A stretch of DNA of 62,247 bases, filler included, from 5 parts of 5 records of this genome joined end to end with filler, not necessarily neighbours in it; one strand, 5' to 3'; counted from the whole stretch's first letter, positions 30,727-41,085 are shown. Program-made: numbers and translations. Notes: generated by a model not told the origin, from the sequence alone.

Positions 30727-31692
30727 TCACTTGAGCGGGCCAATCGTGACCTCAATGTCTTTCCACTCGTCGTAATCGTCTTCAGGCAATTGATAGTTCG
30801 CACACTGGCGCACCGCTGTCAGGGCCCGTTGGACCACAACGCCCCGGCGGCCAATCGGCATGGAGCGCGGGGTCACCAGATTCACATTGCCGTCCAGAGA
30901 GCCATCCACATTGAGTCTCACTCGGATCACAACGTCGAACTGGTCTTCCTTGGGCAGATCATCCACACCATTCCAGCAATAGCCGATCTGGCGGCGCATG
31001 GCGGCCTGAAGCGAAGCAGTATTGCCGCGGCGGTCCCCTGCCCCCTTTCGGGGTTGCTGCACGTCTTTCAGCACCGGTTTGTTGATCGGCGGTGGCGCCT
31101 GCTCCTGAGCGACCTTGCGCTGGGTTTGCGCCTTGTCCTTCAGGATGTCTTCAAAGTCGTTCAGGAAGTCGAGATCGTCAGATTCCGATTTCGGCTTCTG
31201 CTTCTCGATCAGCTTTGGCTCCTTTTTCGGAGGCTCTTCCTTCTTCGGCTCAGGTTCCTTGGGCTGTTCCTCGGGCTCGGCCTTCGTGTCTTCCACGACC
31301 GGTTCTTCCTCGGCCGTTTCGGTCTCGCGGGTCTCGTTCACCTCTTCCTGTTCTTCAGGCGGGTCCTCGACGATCTCGGCATCTTCTTCCACCGGATCGG
31401 GCTGTTCTTCCGGCTCGGGCTCTTCGACCTCTTCCTCTGGCGGCTCTTCCGCCTTCTGGATCGGCGCCACATCGGTCACGAGCCCAATGTCGACAATATC
31501 AATCGGCACGTCGATCGTGCTGGCACATTGCGGCAAGCGCATGAGGATATCGACCGGCGACAGGCCGGGCTCCTCGCGCTCCAGGCGCTCGATCTCTCGA
31601 TCGCATTTGCTTTTCTGCATCGGCCACGTCATCACCGCCGCGGCGAGCACGGTGGCGTGAAGCACAGTCGAGATGGTAAAGCCGCGAAGCAT
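30727..31692 (-). CDS. tolA: TolA-like energy transducer
   Basis: N-terminal TM with S-x-x-L-H (STVLH), Glu/Pro-rich linker, TonB/TolA C-domain; lies between tolR and tolB. Confidence 0.85.
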   Translation of the reverse strand: MLRGFTISTVLHATVLAAAVMTWPMQKSKCDREIERLEREEPGLSPVDILMRLPQCASTIDVPIDIVDIGLVTDVAPIQKAEEPPEEEVEEPEPEEQPDPVEEDAEIVEDPPEEQEEVNETRETETAEEEPVVEDTKAEPEEQPKEPEPKKEEPPKKEPKLIEKQKPKSESDDLDFLNDFEDILKDKAQTQRKVAQEQAPPPINKPVLKDVQQPRKGAGDRRGNTASLQAAMRRQIGYCWNGVDDLPKEDQFDVVIRVRLNVDGSLDGNVNLVTPRSMPIGRRGVVVQRALTAVRQCANYQLPEDDYDEWKDIEVTIGPLK

Positions 31693-31708
31693 GTGGGGCG
31701 ATGCGCTC

Positions 31709-32149
31709 CTACTTCTTCTGTTCAGTCACAAAGGATACGCGCGTATAGCCGGCAGCCCGGATTTCGGCGGTCACTTCCATGATCCGGCCATAGGGCGTGT
31801 TCTCGTCACCGCGCAGGTAAATTGGCTGCTCATAGCCCTCGCCGATGATGGCCTGAAGCTGCGGGCCCAGCGTCGACACATCCTCAACCAGGGTCGTCTG
31901 GATAAAGACATCGCCGTTCTCCCGGATGGAAATCGCCAGCGGGTCGTCATTCGGTTCGGTCTTGATTGGCCCCGAACTCGTCTTGGGCAGGTTCACTTCC
32001 TCGCCGCGCACCAGCAGGGGCGCCGTGATCATGAACACGATGAGCAGAACCAGCATGACGTCCACAAAGGGTGTCACGTTGATTTCGGCGTTCAATGCGC
32101 GCCGTCCGCGCCGTCCGCCCTTCCCGCCTGAACCGAGGATCAATCCCAT
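31709..32149 (-). CDS. tolR: TolR
   Basis: EINVTPFVDVMLVLLIVFM. Confidence 0.95.
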   Translation of the reverse strand: MGLILGSGGKGGRRGRRALNAEINVTPFVDVMLVLLIVFMITAPLLVRGEEVNLPKTSSGPIKTEPNDDPLAISIRENGDVFIQTTLVEDVSTLGPQLQAIIGEGYEQPIYLRGDENTPYGRIMEVTAEIRAAGYTRVSFVTEQKK

Positions 32150-32152
32150 CGC

Positions 32153-32866
32153 CTAGTCCCTCGCGGATTCGGAGGCGCGGCGCGACAGGCGCACAAGCAC
32201 GTCCTGAGAGAATGTGTCGAGCTGGTCGCCCAGCTTGGTCAGGTCGCCAGTGAACTTGTTGTAGAAAATAACCGCCGGGATAGCGGCCACGAGGCCGAGG
32301 CCGGTGGCGAACAGGGCTTCTGCAATCGGGCCGGCCACGGTGCCAAGGCTCGTATCCTGTTGTTCGGCAATGTTGAGGAAGGCGTTCATGATGCCCCAGA
32401 CCGTTCCGAACAGACCAATGAAGGGAGAGGCTGAACCGATCGTCGCGAGCACGCCCAGACCACTGCCGGCCCGGCCAAGTTCACGATCGACAGCGGCGCG
32501 CATGGAGCGCTCCGCCCGGCTCACGATTGCGGCGGCTTCGGCAGGATTGTGGGACTGGCGGCGTGCATCGGACCATTCGCGCGCAGCCGCGGCAAACACG
32601 CGGCTGGCCGCATCATTGGTGGCCTGACCGGGGCGCATGTCGAAATCTTCGGTGCGGCCACTCCAGAAGGCCTCTTCAAACTGGCGCGATTTCTTGCGCA
32701 GTCCGCCAAGGGAGAACAGCTTCTCGCCAATCACCATCCACGACCAGATCGAGGCCAGCAGCAGGAACAGGAGGACCAGTTTGACAACCGGGTCAGCCGC
32801 CATGATGAGGCTGAACAGCGAGAAGTCGGCATGACTTGCGGCGGTGCCTATCGCTTCTGATTCCAT
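32153..32866 (-). CDS. tolQ: TolQ
   Basis: SPFIGLFGTVWGIM, IAEALFAT.LGL.AAIPA. Confidence 0.96.
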   Translation of the reverse strand: MESEAIGTAASHADFSLFSLIMAADPVVKLVLLFLLLASIWSWMVIGEKLFSLGGLRKKSRQFEEAFWSGRTEDFDMRPGQATNDAASRVFAAAAREWSDARRQSHNPAEAAAIVSRAERSMRAAVDRELGRAGSGLGVLATIGSASPFIGLFGTVWGIMNAFLNIAEQQDTSLGTVAGPIAEALFATGLGLVAAIPAVIFYNKFTGDLTKLGDQLDTFSQDVLVRLSRRASESARD

Positions 32867-33058
32867 GGGGGCTAATGCTCCTGTCTACGTATCATGGGTG
32901 ATCAGCCGCATCCCACCCGGGACCGGCACACCCCTTCATCCACACCAAATCCGGCAGAAACACGGCAGAATTGCCAGTTTCCGCAGTGGGGTTAACGGCT
33001 AAGCGGGTTTTATTAATGAAACGTAGGCAAGCGGCCAGTAATCCTGAGGTCCCGCCGC

Positions 33059-33694
33059 TCAATCAAACAGGTCGGGCAGGAACCAGCGTGTCCCGATGTA
33101 GAAATTGTAGGCGCGGTTAATGCCGTCGATCCCACCGAGATTCGAGGCAACGGCCTGATCTGAATAGGACACATATTCCGTGCCAAGTGACAGCCGGAAC
33201 CGGTCGCTCACATGATAGGTCGCCCCGGCAAAGAGGTTCCAGTACGCGCTGGAGTTTGTGTCTTCGCCGACCACAATGAAATCCCGGTTGATGTCGGCGG
33301 GGCCGGAGAACGTGAAATCCAGCACACCTGCACCGCCCCCGGCACCCAGGAATGGCCGGATACGTTTGCCGTTCCGAAAGTCGTAGAAGGCGTGCATGCC
33401 CATGGACCGGCTCGTGAAGTCGCCGCTCGCCGTGCTTGCCCCGTTCAGGCCGGCAATATTGGCCCAGCGGAAACCATACTCGGCCTCCATCCGGATGGAA
33501 TGATTGAACCGGTAGCCCACAGCGCCAGCGATCTCGCGGCTGTCTTCGAAAATCAGATTGTTCTGGTCTCCGATAGAGCCGTAACCGCGCGCGGCGACAT
33601 AGAAGCCCCGTTCGGCATCGAACACATCATCAGCATTCGCGGAGAGCAAAAGGCTCGCGCACGCAGCGGCGAATACGAGTATAGCAAGTTTCAC
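33059..33694 (-). CDS. Small outer-membrane beta-barrel protein (OmpA-TM/OmpW/Opa-like)
   Basis: Signal peptide; alternating amphipathic strands (GAVGYRF, RMEAEYG, YDF, RPFLGAGGG, FYIGTRWF). Confidence 0.75.
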   Translation of the reverse strand: MKLAILVFAAACASLLLSANADDVFDAERGFYVAARGYGSIGDQNNLIFEDSREIAGAVGYRFNHSIRMEAEYGFRWANIAGLNGASTASGDFTSRSMGMHAFYDFRNGKRIRPFLGAGGGAGVLDFTFSGPADINRDFIVVGEDTNSSAYWNLFAGATYHVSDRFRLSLGTEYVSYSDQAVASNLGGIDGINRAYNFYIGTRWFLPDLFD

Positions 33695-34149
33695 CCCTCA
33701 CCCTCCCAGCGATACGCTTCCAGGTGCTTGACCAGTTCGCGGATCGGGCGGCGCGGGCGGCCATCGGCGTGGATCATCACAGCCGTGATTTCGCCATCGG
33801 CAATGATCTCCTCGCCCCGGAAACAGGTCTGCGAAAAGCGGATACGCGGCCCCTCAGTGCCGATATAGCGCGTGCGTATGTGCAGCAAATCGTCGACCTT
33901 GGCGGCTTTGCGATAGTCCACCTCAACGCGCGTCAGGGTGAAGGCAGCCGGGTCTTCCCGCTCCAGCAGGGACTGATGGGAAATACCCGCATCGCGCAGA
34001 TGATCAGACCGGCCCCGCTCGAAAAAACGAAGATAATTGGCGTGATACACCATGCCGGTGAAGTCGGTATCCTCGTAATAGACACGCACACTGATCCAGT
34101 GCTGGCGGTCCGCATCGAAATTCTGGGCGTCAAGGTCTGGCAGGCTCAT
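33691..34149 (-). CDS. ybgC: Tol-Pal-associated acyl-CoA thioesterase
   Basis: VRVYYEDTD..G.VYHANYLRFFERGR. Confidence 0.95.
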   Translation of the reverse strand: MSLPDLDAQNFDADRQHWISVRVYYEDTDFTGMVYHANYLRFFERGRSDHLRDAGISHQSLLEREDPAAFTLTRVEVDYRKAAKVDDLLHIRTRYIGTEGPRIRFSQTCFRGEEIIADGEITAVMIHADGRPRRPIRELVKHLEAYRWEGEG

Positions 34150-34180
34150 GATTTCCGCGTAGCAAAGCCCGCCCCCAGCG

Positions 34181-34735
34181 TCACCCCTGTTCCGCCTGAA
34201 CCGTCATCTCCAAGGGCTCGGTTGCATATCCAAGCGCCTCGGCGCGCTGCTTCAGCCCATCCAGCACCACCGGGTCCAACTGCGCGGTGCGGGACAGGAT
34301 CCAGAGATACTTGCCATCCGGGCTGCCAACCAGCACAGCGGAATAGTCCGGCTCCAGCGCCAGCACCCAGTAATCGCCCGATGCAAACGGCACCCAGGCC
34401 GGCGCAAATTTCACTTTCAGCTTTGCGTTGTTGCTGCCTTCGACAATCCGGGCCGTGCCCTCTGCAACATCCTTCTCGCCATCGGGCGAACCCTTGTAAC
34501 AGGTATTGGTCACGCTCACCGTGCCGTCATCGTTCAGACCGTATTCGGCGGTCACGCCCGTGCAGTTTTTCTCAAAGGAATTGGGGTAGCGCGCAATCTC
34601 GTACCAAAGGCCCGAATAGCGCTCCAGATCCACCGAATCGACAGTCGGCGGTGGCGCCGTCTCCGCACGGTAGTCAGGCTGGCTGGTACAGGCAGCAACC
34701 AGGGCGGCGGCAAGTGTCGACAGGGCAATGCGCAT
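34181..34735 (-). CDS. blc: Bacterial lipocalin (Blc family lipoprotein)
   Basis: Lipobox VAAC; VDLERYSGLWYEIAR; YWVL...DY; YLWILSR. Confidence 0.9.
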   Translation of the reverse strand: MRIALSTLAAALVAACTSQPDYRAETAPPPTVDSVDLERYSGLWYEIARYPNSFEKNCTGVTAEYGLNDDGTVSVTNTCYKGSPDGEKDVAEGTARIVEGSNNAKLKVKFAPAWVPFASGDYWVLALEPDYSAVLVGSPDGKYLWILSRTAQLDPVVLDGLKQRAEALGYATEPLEMTVQAEQG

Positions 34736-34794
34736 GAGAAATCTCCTTCTCCCCTCTTACGCATGACCCGCCTGTTCGGTTTCGCAAATACGTA

Positions 34795-35814
34795 TCACCC
34801 CCCATTCTGAGGGGCGATGTCCAGCGGATCGACAATGTCTGACGGCGTCTCCTCAGCATGGAGGCCCGCAAGGAAGGCGCGCATATCCGCGACAGATTCC
34901 GCCGCCTTCTCCTCCTGTGGGATGTGCCCCGTTTGCGGATAGATAATCAATTCAGCGCCCGGAATGGCGTCCGCGAATTTCTGCCCATGCGCAATCGGGA
35001 TCAGATTGTCGCTGTCTCCATGCATGACCAGGGTCGGTGCGGTGATGTTTCCGAGCAGCTCCTCCGACGCCAGAATCCGCAGCGTCGCGCCGCTCATCAG
35101 GTTCAGCAATGCATCCCGGTGACACGGCGCACGCGACATGGCCGAGTAGCGGTCCACCATTTCGTCAGTCACAAATGCCGGATCATAAAAACTGTCTTCG
35201 AGGCCGGATCGGATCAGCGCCGACATATCGAGATCCTTCATCACACTGCGCGCCACGCCATTGCGCAGCAGCTTGAAGATGAAGGGGTCGGACTCCCCTT
35301 CCCCCGGCGCATCCAGCCAACCGGCAGCATCGACCAGGACGAGGCCGTCGAGTTTCTCGGGATGTTCCAGCGCATAGGCCCAGGCAGTGTGACCGCCCAT
35401 GGAATTGCCGACCAGGGTAAACCGTTCAACGTCCAGCGTGCGCGCAACACGGTCCACGGTCTCGACGAATTGCTCGATACCGATGGAATCATTGTCAGGG
35501 CAGCGAGACAAGCCATGCCCCGGAAGGTCCAGACGGATGACCCGGTAATCCTTGCGAAGTTTCCGCGCCCAGGCATCCCAAGTCTGAAGCGAGGCGGAAT
35601 AGCCGTGCACCAGAACAACAACCGGCGCATCGCGCGGGCCAGAATCCGTGAAATGAATCTCCACGTCCTTGCCGGATTTCAGGAAGCGACTGTTGGATTT
35701 CGAATAGACCGATTCAAGCGTCGTGTAGGATATGTCATCCCGGCGAAGCATCCACCATCCCGCCGTCAATATGATCGCAAGCGTCACCAGCACGACAAAC
35801 AGTCGTTTCAACAC
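34795..35814 (-). CDS. Alpha/beta hydrolase with N-terminal membrane anchor
   Basis: LVHG, DLPGHG, nucleophile GNSMGG, HGDSD, GHIPQEE. Confidence 0.9.
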   Translation of the reverse strand: MLKRLFVVLVTLAIILTAGWWMLRRDDISYTTLESVYSKSNSRFLKSGKDVEIHFTDSGPRDAPVVVLVHGYSASLQTWDAWARKLRKDYRVIRLDLPGHGLSRCPDNDSIGIEQFVETVDRVARTLDVERFTLVGNSMGGHTAWAYALEHPEKLDGLVLVDAAGWLDAPGEGESDPFIFKLLRNGVARSVMKDLDMSALIRSGLEDSFYDPAFVTDEMVDRYSAMSRAPCHRDALLNLMSGATLRILASEELLGNITAPTLVMHGDSDNLIPIAHGQKFADAIPGAELIIYPQTGHIPQEEKAAESVADMRAFLAGLHAEETPSDIVDPLDIAPQNGG

Positions 35815-35878
35815 AATCCCGAACTCCCTACATGCACACCAAAGGGTGACGCACTAAAGCCCTGCGTCTAGTGACAAG

Positions 35879-36631
35879 TCAAATTCTGCGATCAGTTCCA
35901 CAGATCGGGCATGCAGCATCCCGCCGCAAAACAACCGACCGCTGACGGGTGGAAAGCCCATCAACCAAAGCGAGCCGCCCGATCAATGGCTCCCCCGCAC
36001 CGGTGATCAGCTTGATCACCTCCAGTGCCATCAGTGTAGAAATCATTCCTGTAACTGGCCCTACGACACCAACCTCATTACAGGCCTCGGCATCCGGTGG
36101 CGTCTCCGGCACCCAGCATTGATAACAGGGCGCGTCCGCAACGTATCCAGACGCAAACACGCTGGCCTGTCCGCTCCACCCCGCCGCGGCGCCATGCACC
36201 AGCGGACGCTCGCTCTGATGCGCGACCCTGTTCAACGCATAGCGCGCAGGGAAATTGTCCGTTGCATCGACCAGTATGTCGCCTGACAACGCATCGTCCT
36301 TCGACCAGCGCTTTCGTCGACCCAGAACATGTGTGGACGGATGATCTGCTGTCAGGCGCGCGGCCATCACCTCCACTTTCGACTTTCCGAGACTGTTCTC
36401 TCCGAACTGGATCTGTCTTTGCAGGTTTGAGCGTTCGACATGATCATCGTCCCAGAGCTCCAGCTGGCCGACACCCGCAGCCGCCAGATACATCGCGCAC
36501 GGCCCGCCCAACGCTCCTGCCCCGACGATTGACACGCGCGCCGCGCGCAGCTTCTGCACGCCGGGCCCGCCAATCTCCCTCAGCATGATATGCCGCTTGT
36601 GGCGGGCAAGTTCTTCCGGGCTGAGGCTCAT
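35879..36631 (-). CDS. moeB: MoeB/ThiF family adenylyltransferase
   Basis: GAGALG, SNLQRQ, DATDNF, CYQC and CPIC zinc motifs. Confidence 0.85.
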   Translation of the reverse strand: MSLSPEELARHKRHIMLREIGGPGVQKLRAARVSIVGAGALGGPCAMYLAAAGVGQLELWDDDHVERSNLQRQIQFGENSLGKSKVEVMAARLTADHPSTHVLGRRKRWSKDDALSGDILVDATDNFPARYALNRVAHQSERPLVHGAAAGWSGQASVFASGYVADAPCYQCWVPETPPDAEACNEVGVVGPVTGMISTLMALEVIKLITGAGEPLIGRLALVDGLSTRQRSVVLRRDAACPICGTDRRI

Positions 36632-37227
36632 GACGCAGCCTTCATCTGACGAATGGCGGTAGAGGAAATCGGATCCAGCGGCGCGGTGAGATAGACCCAG
36701 GCGGGCGGCGCGAGACCTGGCAAGATCGTCGCCTCCGCTTCAGGAATACGACTATGAGCGAACCGCCGCGCAAAGGGCGAGTTTCGCGCGCCCGGCCCCA
36801 CGCCGGGGCGTGCAACAATCGCAATCGGCATCATGCGCGCAATTTCCTGCCACTCACTCCACATATGGAAGTTCACCATATTGTCCGCGCCCATCAGCCA
36901 GACAAAGTCCGCATCCGGTGCAATGTGCGTGATCGCAGAAAGGGTTCGATAGGTATAGGTCAGGCCAAGACGCGATTCGATATCAGTCACGCGCATGCGG
37001 GGATGATCGGCAACAGCCATCGCAGACCAGAAACGCTCCCCGAAGTCTCCGTGCCCGGTCTTGAGTGGATTTCCCCGCGCCACAATCCACCAGACCCAGT
37101 CCAGCTGCAGACGCTTCATTGCGGTCGTGGCCACATGGAGATGCCCTGAATGGGCAGGATTGAAACTGCCCCCGAACAATCCGATACGCAGGCCACGCGC
37201 AGGCCCTGGTAGAAGTGCTCTGCTCAA
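36628..37227 (-). CDS. nadD: Nicotinate-nucleotide adenylyltransferase
   Basis: GGSFNPAHSGH, WLMGADN, ISSTAIR; coupled to proA. Confidence 0.93.
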   Translation of the reverse strand: MSRALLPGPARGLRIGLFGGSFNPAHSGHLHVATTAMKRLQLDWVWWIVARGNPLKTGHGDFGERFWSAMAVADHPRMRVTDIESRLGLTYTYRTLSAITHIAPDADFVWLMGADNMVNFHMWSEWQEIARMMPIAIVARPGVGPGARNSPFARRFAHSRIPEAEATILPGLAPPAWVYLTAPLDPISSTAIRQMKAAS

Positions 37228-38510
37228 GGACGAACCTGCCCATTGCCGCGCACGACATATTTGTAGGTCGTCAATTGGTCTGCGCCCACCGGGCCGCGTG
37301 CATGAATGCGGCCTGTGGCAATACCGATCTCCGCACCCATGCCGAACTCGCCCCCATCGGCAAACTGGGTCGACGCATTGTGCAACAGGATTGCGCTATC
37401 GACTGTAGCAAAGAAACGCTCAGCAGCCGCCTCGTCCTCAGTGATGATGCATTCTGTATGCCCGGACGACCAGGAGCCGATATGGTCCAGCGCAGCAGTG
37501 AGATCATCCACGACAGCCACTGCCAGGATCGGCGCGAGATATTCCGTTGACCAGTCCGCCTCTGTCGCCTCGACCATATCCGGTACAATCGCCCGCGCGC
37601 GCGCATCGCCGCGCAGCTCACACCCCGCATCCGTCAGTGCCGCCGCCATCTTCGGCAGCAGGTCATCCGCCACTGCCGCATCCACCAGCAACGTCTCGGC
37701 AGACCCGCAAATTCCAGTGCGGCGCATCTTTGCATTGAGCACAATCGACACCGCCTTTTCCGGATCTGCTGCCTTGTCCACTATCACATGGCAAAGGCCT
37801 TCAAGATGTCCGATCACCGGAACGCGGGCGTCTTTCTGGACCCGCTCAACCAGGCTGCGGCCCCCGCGCGGCACGATGACATCCACATTGCCCTCCAGCC
37901 CGGCCAGCATATGCCCGACGGCGGCGCGATCCCTGGTCATCACCAATTGCACGGCATCTTCCGGCAGGCCTTCCTGTTTGAGGGCGCTGCGCATGGCCGC
38001 AACAATCGCGCGGGATGACTGGGTGCTTTCCGATCCGCAGCGCAGGATGGCCGCATTGCCAGAGCGTAAACAGAGCGCGCCCGCATCCGCCGTCACGTTC
38101 GGGCGGCTCTCGTAAATAATGCCGATCACGCCCAGCGGCACGGCCACGCGCGCTATATCCAGCCCGTTCGGACGCTCCCACCGCGCAAGCTCGCGCCCGA
38201 TGGGATCGCCCAGTTCAGCCACCGCCTCAACACTGGATGCAATGCCTTCCAGCCGCGCCGCATCCAGCGCCAGCCGGTCGAGCATGGCGGCGTCCAGCCC
38301 CTTCTCTCGCGCAGCGGTCATATCGGCTTCGTTCGCGCTGAGGATCTTGTCAGACGCCGCCCGGATCGCGCCGGCCACCGCCTTCAGGCCCCGCGTCCGG
38401 TCTGCCGGGCTCATCCGGCCCAGCTTGCGCGAAGCCTCACGGGCATTGCGCCCCACCCGAAGCATGGTTTCGCCGAGATCTGCGGTCTGGTCTGTCATCG
38501 TATCCATCAT
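37224..38510 (-). CDS. proA: Gamma-glutamyl phosphate reductase
   Basis: VPLGVIGIIYESRPNVT, PRGG, catalytic Cys in GICGSAETLL, NASTQFADGGEFGMGAEIGI, HARGP. Start uncertain (38498-38510). Confidence 0.96.
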   Translation of the reverse strand: MMDTMTDQTADLGETMLRVGRNAREASRKLGRMSPADRTRGLKAVAGAIRAASDKILSANEADMTAAREKGLDAAMLDRLALDAARLEGIASSVEAVAELGDPIGRELARWERPNGLDIARVAVPLGVIGIIYESRPNVTADAGALCLRSGNAAILRCGSESTQSSRAIVAAMRSALKQEGLPEDAVQLVMTRDRAAVGHMLAGLEGNVDVIVPRGGRSLVERVQKDARVPVIGHLEGLCHVIVDKAADPEKAVSIVLNAKMRRTGICGSAETLLVDAAVADDLLPKMAAALTDAGCELRGDARARAIVPDMVEATEADWSTEYLAPILAVAVVDDLTAALDHIGSWSSGHTECIITEDEAAAERFFATVDSAILLHNASTQFADGGEFGMGAEIGIATGRIHARGPVGADQLTTYKYVVRGNGQVRP

Positions 38511-38669
38511 GGCGATGGATGTGCCGGAAACCCGGCCTGTCTGCAAGATGCGCCAATGATGCATTCGGCTATGGCTGCAATGACTACAAGGCGCGGCGAC
38601 GGGCTGACTCTTCGAAAATTTGCCCTAGTATGAAAGTCGAGGAAACAAAACACCATCCGGAGGAAGTAC

Positions 38670-40241
38670 ATGATCGACGTTAAGGCGATGCCGCATCTGG
38701 CGGATATTCCGCGTGTCCAGGCCGGCATCCGTCCGGACGCAACCGCGTTCTGGTTCGAAGGCGAAACCACCAGCTTTGCCCAGCTTGAGACCCGGTCTAC
38801 TCAGGTTGCAAACGGCCTGATCGCGCTCGGCGTCCAGACAGATGACCGCGTCGGCTATCTCGCGAAGAACACATCTGTCTATTACGAGATGATGTTCGGC
38901 GCGGCCAAGGCGCGCGCGGCGATGACGGCGGTGAATACGCGCCTCGCCCCGCCTGAGGTCCAGTTCATCCTGTCGGACGCCCGTGTGAAGATCCTGTTCG
39001 TCGGCAAGGATTTCTACAGCATGATCGACCAGATCCGCGCTGACCTGCCCGATCTGGAACAGGTCATCGCGATTGATGGCGAACGCGATGACTGGCCATC
39101 CTACACAATCTGGCGCGACGGCCAGTCGACCGACGCCCCCGGCATCGAAACGCATGATACGGATGATGTGATCCAGCTCTATACGTCCGGCACGACCGGC
39201 ATGCCGAAGGGCGTGCAGCTGACCAATGGCAACTACCGCGCCATCTTCGAACAGGCTGGCCAGCTCGACTGGGCCAGCTATGATGTGGGCGATGCCGTCA
39301 TGAACGCGATGCCGCTATTCCATGTGGCAGGCGTGAACATTGGCATCCTGACCGCAGCGCAGGGCGCAAACGCCGTTGTCCTGCGGGAAATCGACCCGAC
39401 GCTCATCCTGAAACTGATCCCGGAGCACAAGATCGCACATGCCTTCTGGGTGCCGGCGGTGATCCTGATGCTGACGCAGATGCCGAATGTACGCGACATT
39501 GACTGGACCCCGCTGAAGCAGGTCTTCTATGGCGCCTCGCCGATCGCAGAAAGCCTGCTCCTCGACGCCAAGGAGATCATGGGCGCAAAATTCACGCAGC
39601 TTTATGGCCTGACAGAAACGGGCGGGTGCGGAACATATCTTCCACCAGAGGCACATGATCCGTCCTGGGGCAAGCTGCGTTCCTGCGGTGTCCCCTACCC
39701 GGCAACCATTGTCCGCTGCCTGGACGCGGAGGGCAATTCCGTGCCGACCGGCGAAGTTGGCGAGATCGCCATCAAATCGGCTTTTGTGATGAAGGGCTAC
39801 TGGAACCGTCCCGACGCCACCGCCGAAGCGATTGACGAATACGGCTTCTTCCGCACGGGTGATGCAGGTTATTTCGACGAGGACGGATTTCTCTATATCC
39901 ATGACCGCGTGAAAGACATGATCGTCTCTGGCGGAGAGAACATCTATCCGGCTGAAGTCGAGAATGCGATCTTTGGCCACCCCGGTGTGGCCGATGTCGC
40001 CGTGATCGGCGTGCCGGACGAGAAATGGGGCGAAGCCGTAAAGGCCATCATCGTGGTCAAGCCCGGCGAATCTCCGACGCAGGAAGACATTATCGCCTAT
40101 GCGCGCGAGCGCATTGCCGGATACAAATGTCCGAAGACGGTCGAATTTATCGAGGCCCTGCCCCGCAATCCATCCGGAAAGATCCTGCGCAAGGATCTGC
40201 GCGAGGTTTACTGGAAAGACCAGGAACGCCGCGTCAGCTGA
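38670..40241 (+). CDS. Long-chain fatty acid-CoA ligase
   Basis: YTSGTTGMPKG, YGLTE, FRTGD, DRVKDMIVSGGENIYP, PRNPSGK. Confidence 0.93.
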   Translation: MIDVKAMPHLADIPRVQAGIRPDATAFWFEGETTSFAQLETRSTQVANGLIALGVQTDDRVGYLAKNTSVYYEMMFGAAKARAAMTAVNTRLAPPEVQFILSDARVKILFVGKDFYSMIDQIRADLPDLEQVIAIDGERDDWPSYTIWRDGQSTDAPGIETHDTDDVIQLYTSGTTGMPKGVQLTNGNYRAIFEQAGQLDWASYDVGDAVMNAMPLFHVAGVNIGILTAAQGANAVVLREIDPTLILKLIPEHKIAHAFWVPAVILMLTQMPNVRDIDWTPLKQVFYGASPIAESLLLDAKEIMGAKFTQLYGLTETGGCGTYLPPEAHDPSWGKLRSCGVPYPATIVRCLDAEGNSVPTGEVGEIAIKSAFVMKGYWNRPDATAEAIDEYGFFRTGDAGYFDEDGFLYIHDRVKDMIVSGGENIYPAEVENAIFGHPGVADVAVIGVPDEKWGEAVKAIIVVKPGESPTQEDIIAYARERIAGYKCPKTVEFIEALPRNPSGKILRKDLREVYWKDQERRVS

Positions 40242-40295
40242 TCATAGGGCGGATGGCGCAGCGTCCCCTGCGCTGTCCGCCATGATCACGTCGCC

Positions 40296-40565
40296 TTAGT
40301 TGGCGAGGCTCAGCCAGTCGCGCGCTGCCGACAGCGCCACCTTGACTTCATCCGTGCTCAGCATGTCAGCCATTTCCTGACGCTGCAGCTTGGCCTCGTC
40401 ATGGCCCTTGGAGGCTGCGAGGTTGAACCATTTGTGCGCGGAGATCAGGTCGATGTCAGATCCGACACCGGCTGCACAGGCGAGACCCGCCTGATAGAAT
40501 TCATCCGCATTTGCCTCGGCACCCAGCAGGCCGCCTGGCTGTATTTCCATCTCTGAAAAGGGCAT
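40296..40565 (-). CDS. Small Sel1-repeat protein
   Basis: DLISAHKWFNLAASKG; AGGAG RBS. Confidence 0.8.
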   Translation of the reverse strand: MPFSEMEIQPGGLLGAEANADEFYQAGLACAAGVGSDIDLISAHKWFNLAASKGHDEAKLQRQEMADMLSTDEVKVALSAARDWLSLAN

Positions 40566-40774
40566 CTTGTTTCTCCTGTCACCCTGCCCGTGCCGCCACC
40601 CTTTTTGGGCATGTCAGCCTGAGCATCCATCCGCCACCGGATCGTTCCGGCGACAGGCAAAGAGTGCCTGCTCTCCTTTGCCGTATGGTTAACAGCGATC
40701 TGACGAAACCGCGGCTTTTTTAATGGAATTACGCCCAATCTTCACGAATGACGGGTTTTTCGGACCCAAACACG

Positions 40775-40811
40775 AAAAACCCCCGCCCGGTGTTCACCGG
40801 ACGGGGGCCTT
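40775..40811 (-). terminator. Terminator after carD
   Basis: CCCCGCCCGG...CCGGACGGGG hairpin with a T tail on the minus strand. Confidence 0.7.
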
Positions 40812-40835
40812 GCATGATCGAAAAGGAAAGAGGCC

Positions 40836-41085
40836 TTAGGCGGCGACTTTCTTCTTTGCGAGGGATTGAGCAAGTTTTTCCATGGCGTCGTCCTTGTCGA
40901 TGTTTTCGACAGCGGCGAGTTCGCGGGCCATACGGTCCAGCGCATTTTCATAAAGCTGACGCTCGGAATAGGATTGTTCCGGCTGGTCTTCGCCGCGGTG
41001 CAGGTCGCGCACGACTTCCGCGATGGAGATCAGGTCACCGGAATTGATCTTCGCTTCGTATTCCTGCGCACGGCGCGACCACATG
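40836..41085 (-). CDS. carD: CarD/CdnL family RNA-polymerase-binding regulator, 3' fragment
   Basis: MWSRRAQEYEAKINSGDLISIAEVVRDL...QSYSERQLYE; truncated by the contig end. Confidence 0.93.

Noticed and set aside
32985-33020. CtrA box upstream of tolQ (also GTTAAC near 40688)
   Set aside because: Only half-sites are present; TTAA-N7-TTAA spacing is not satisfied.
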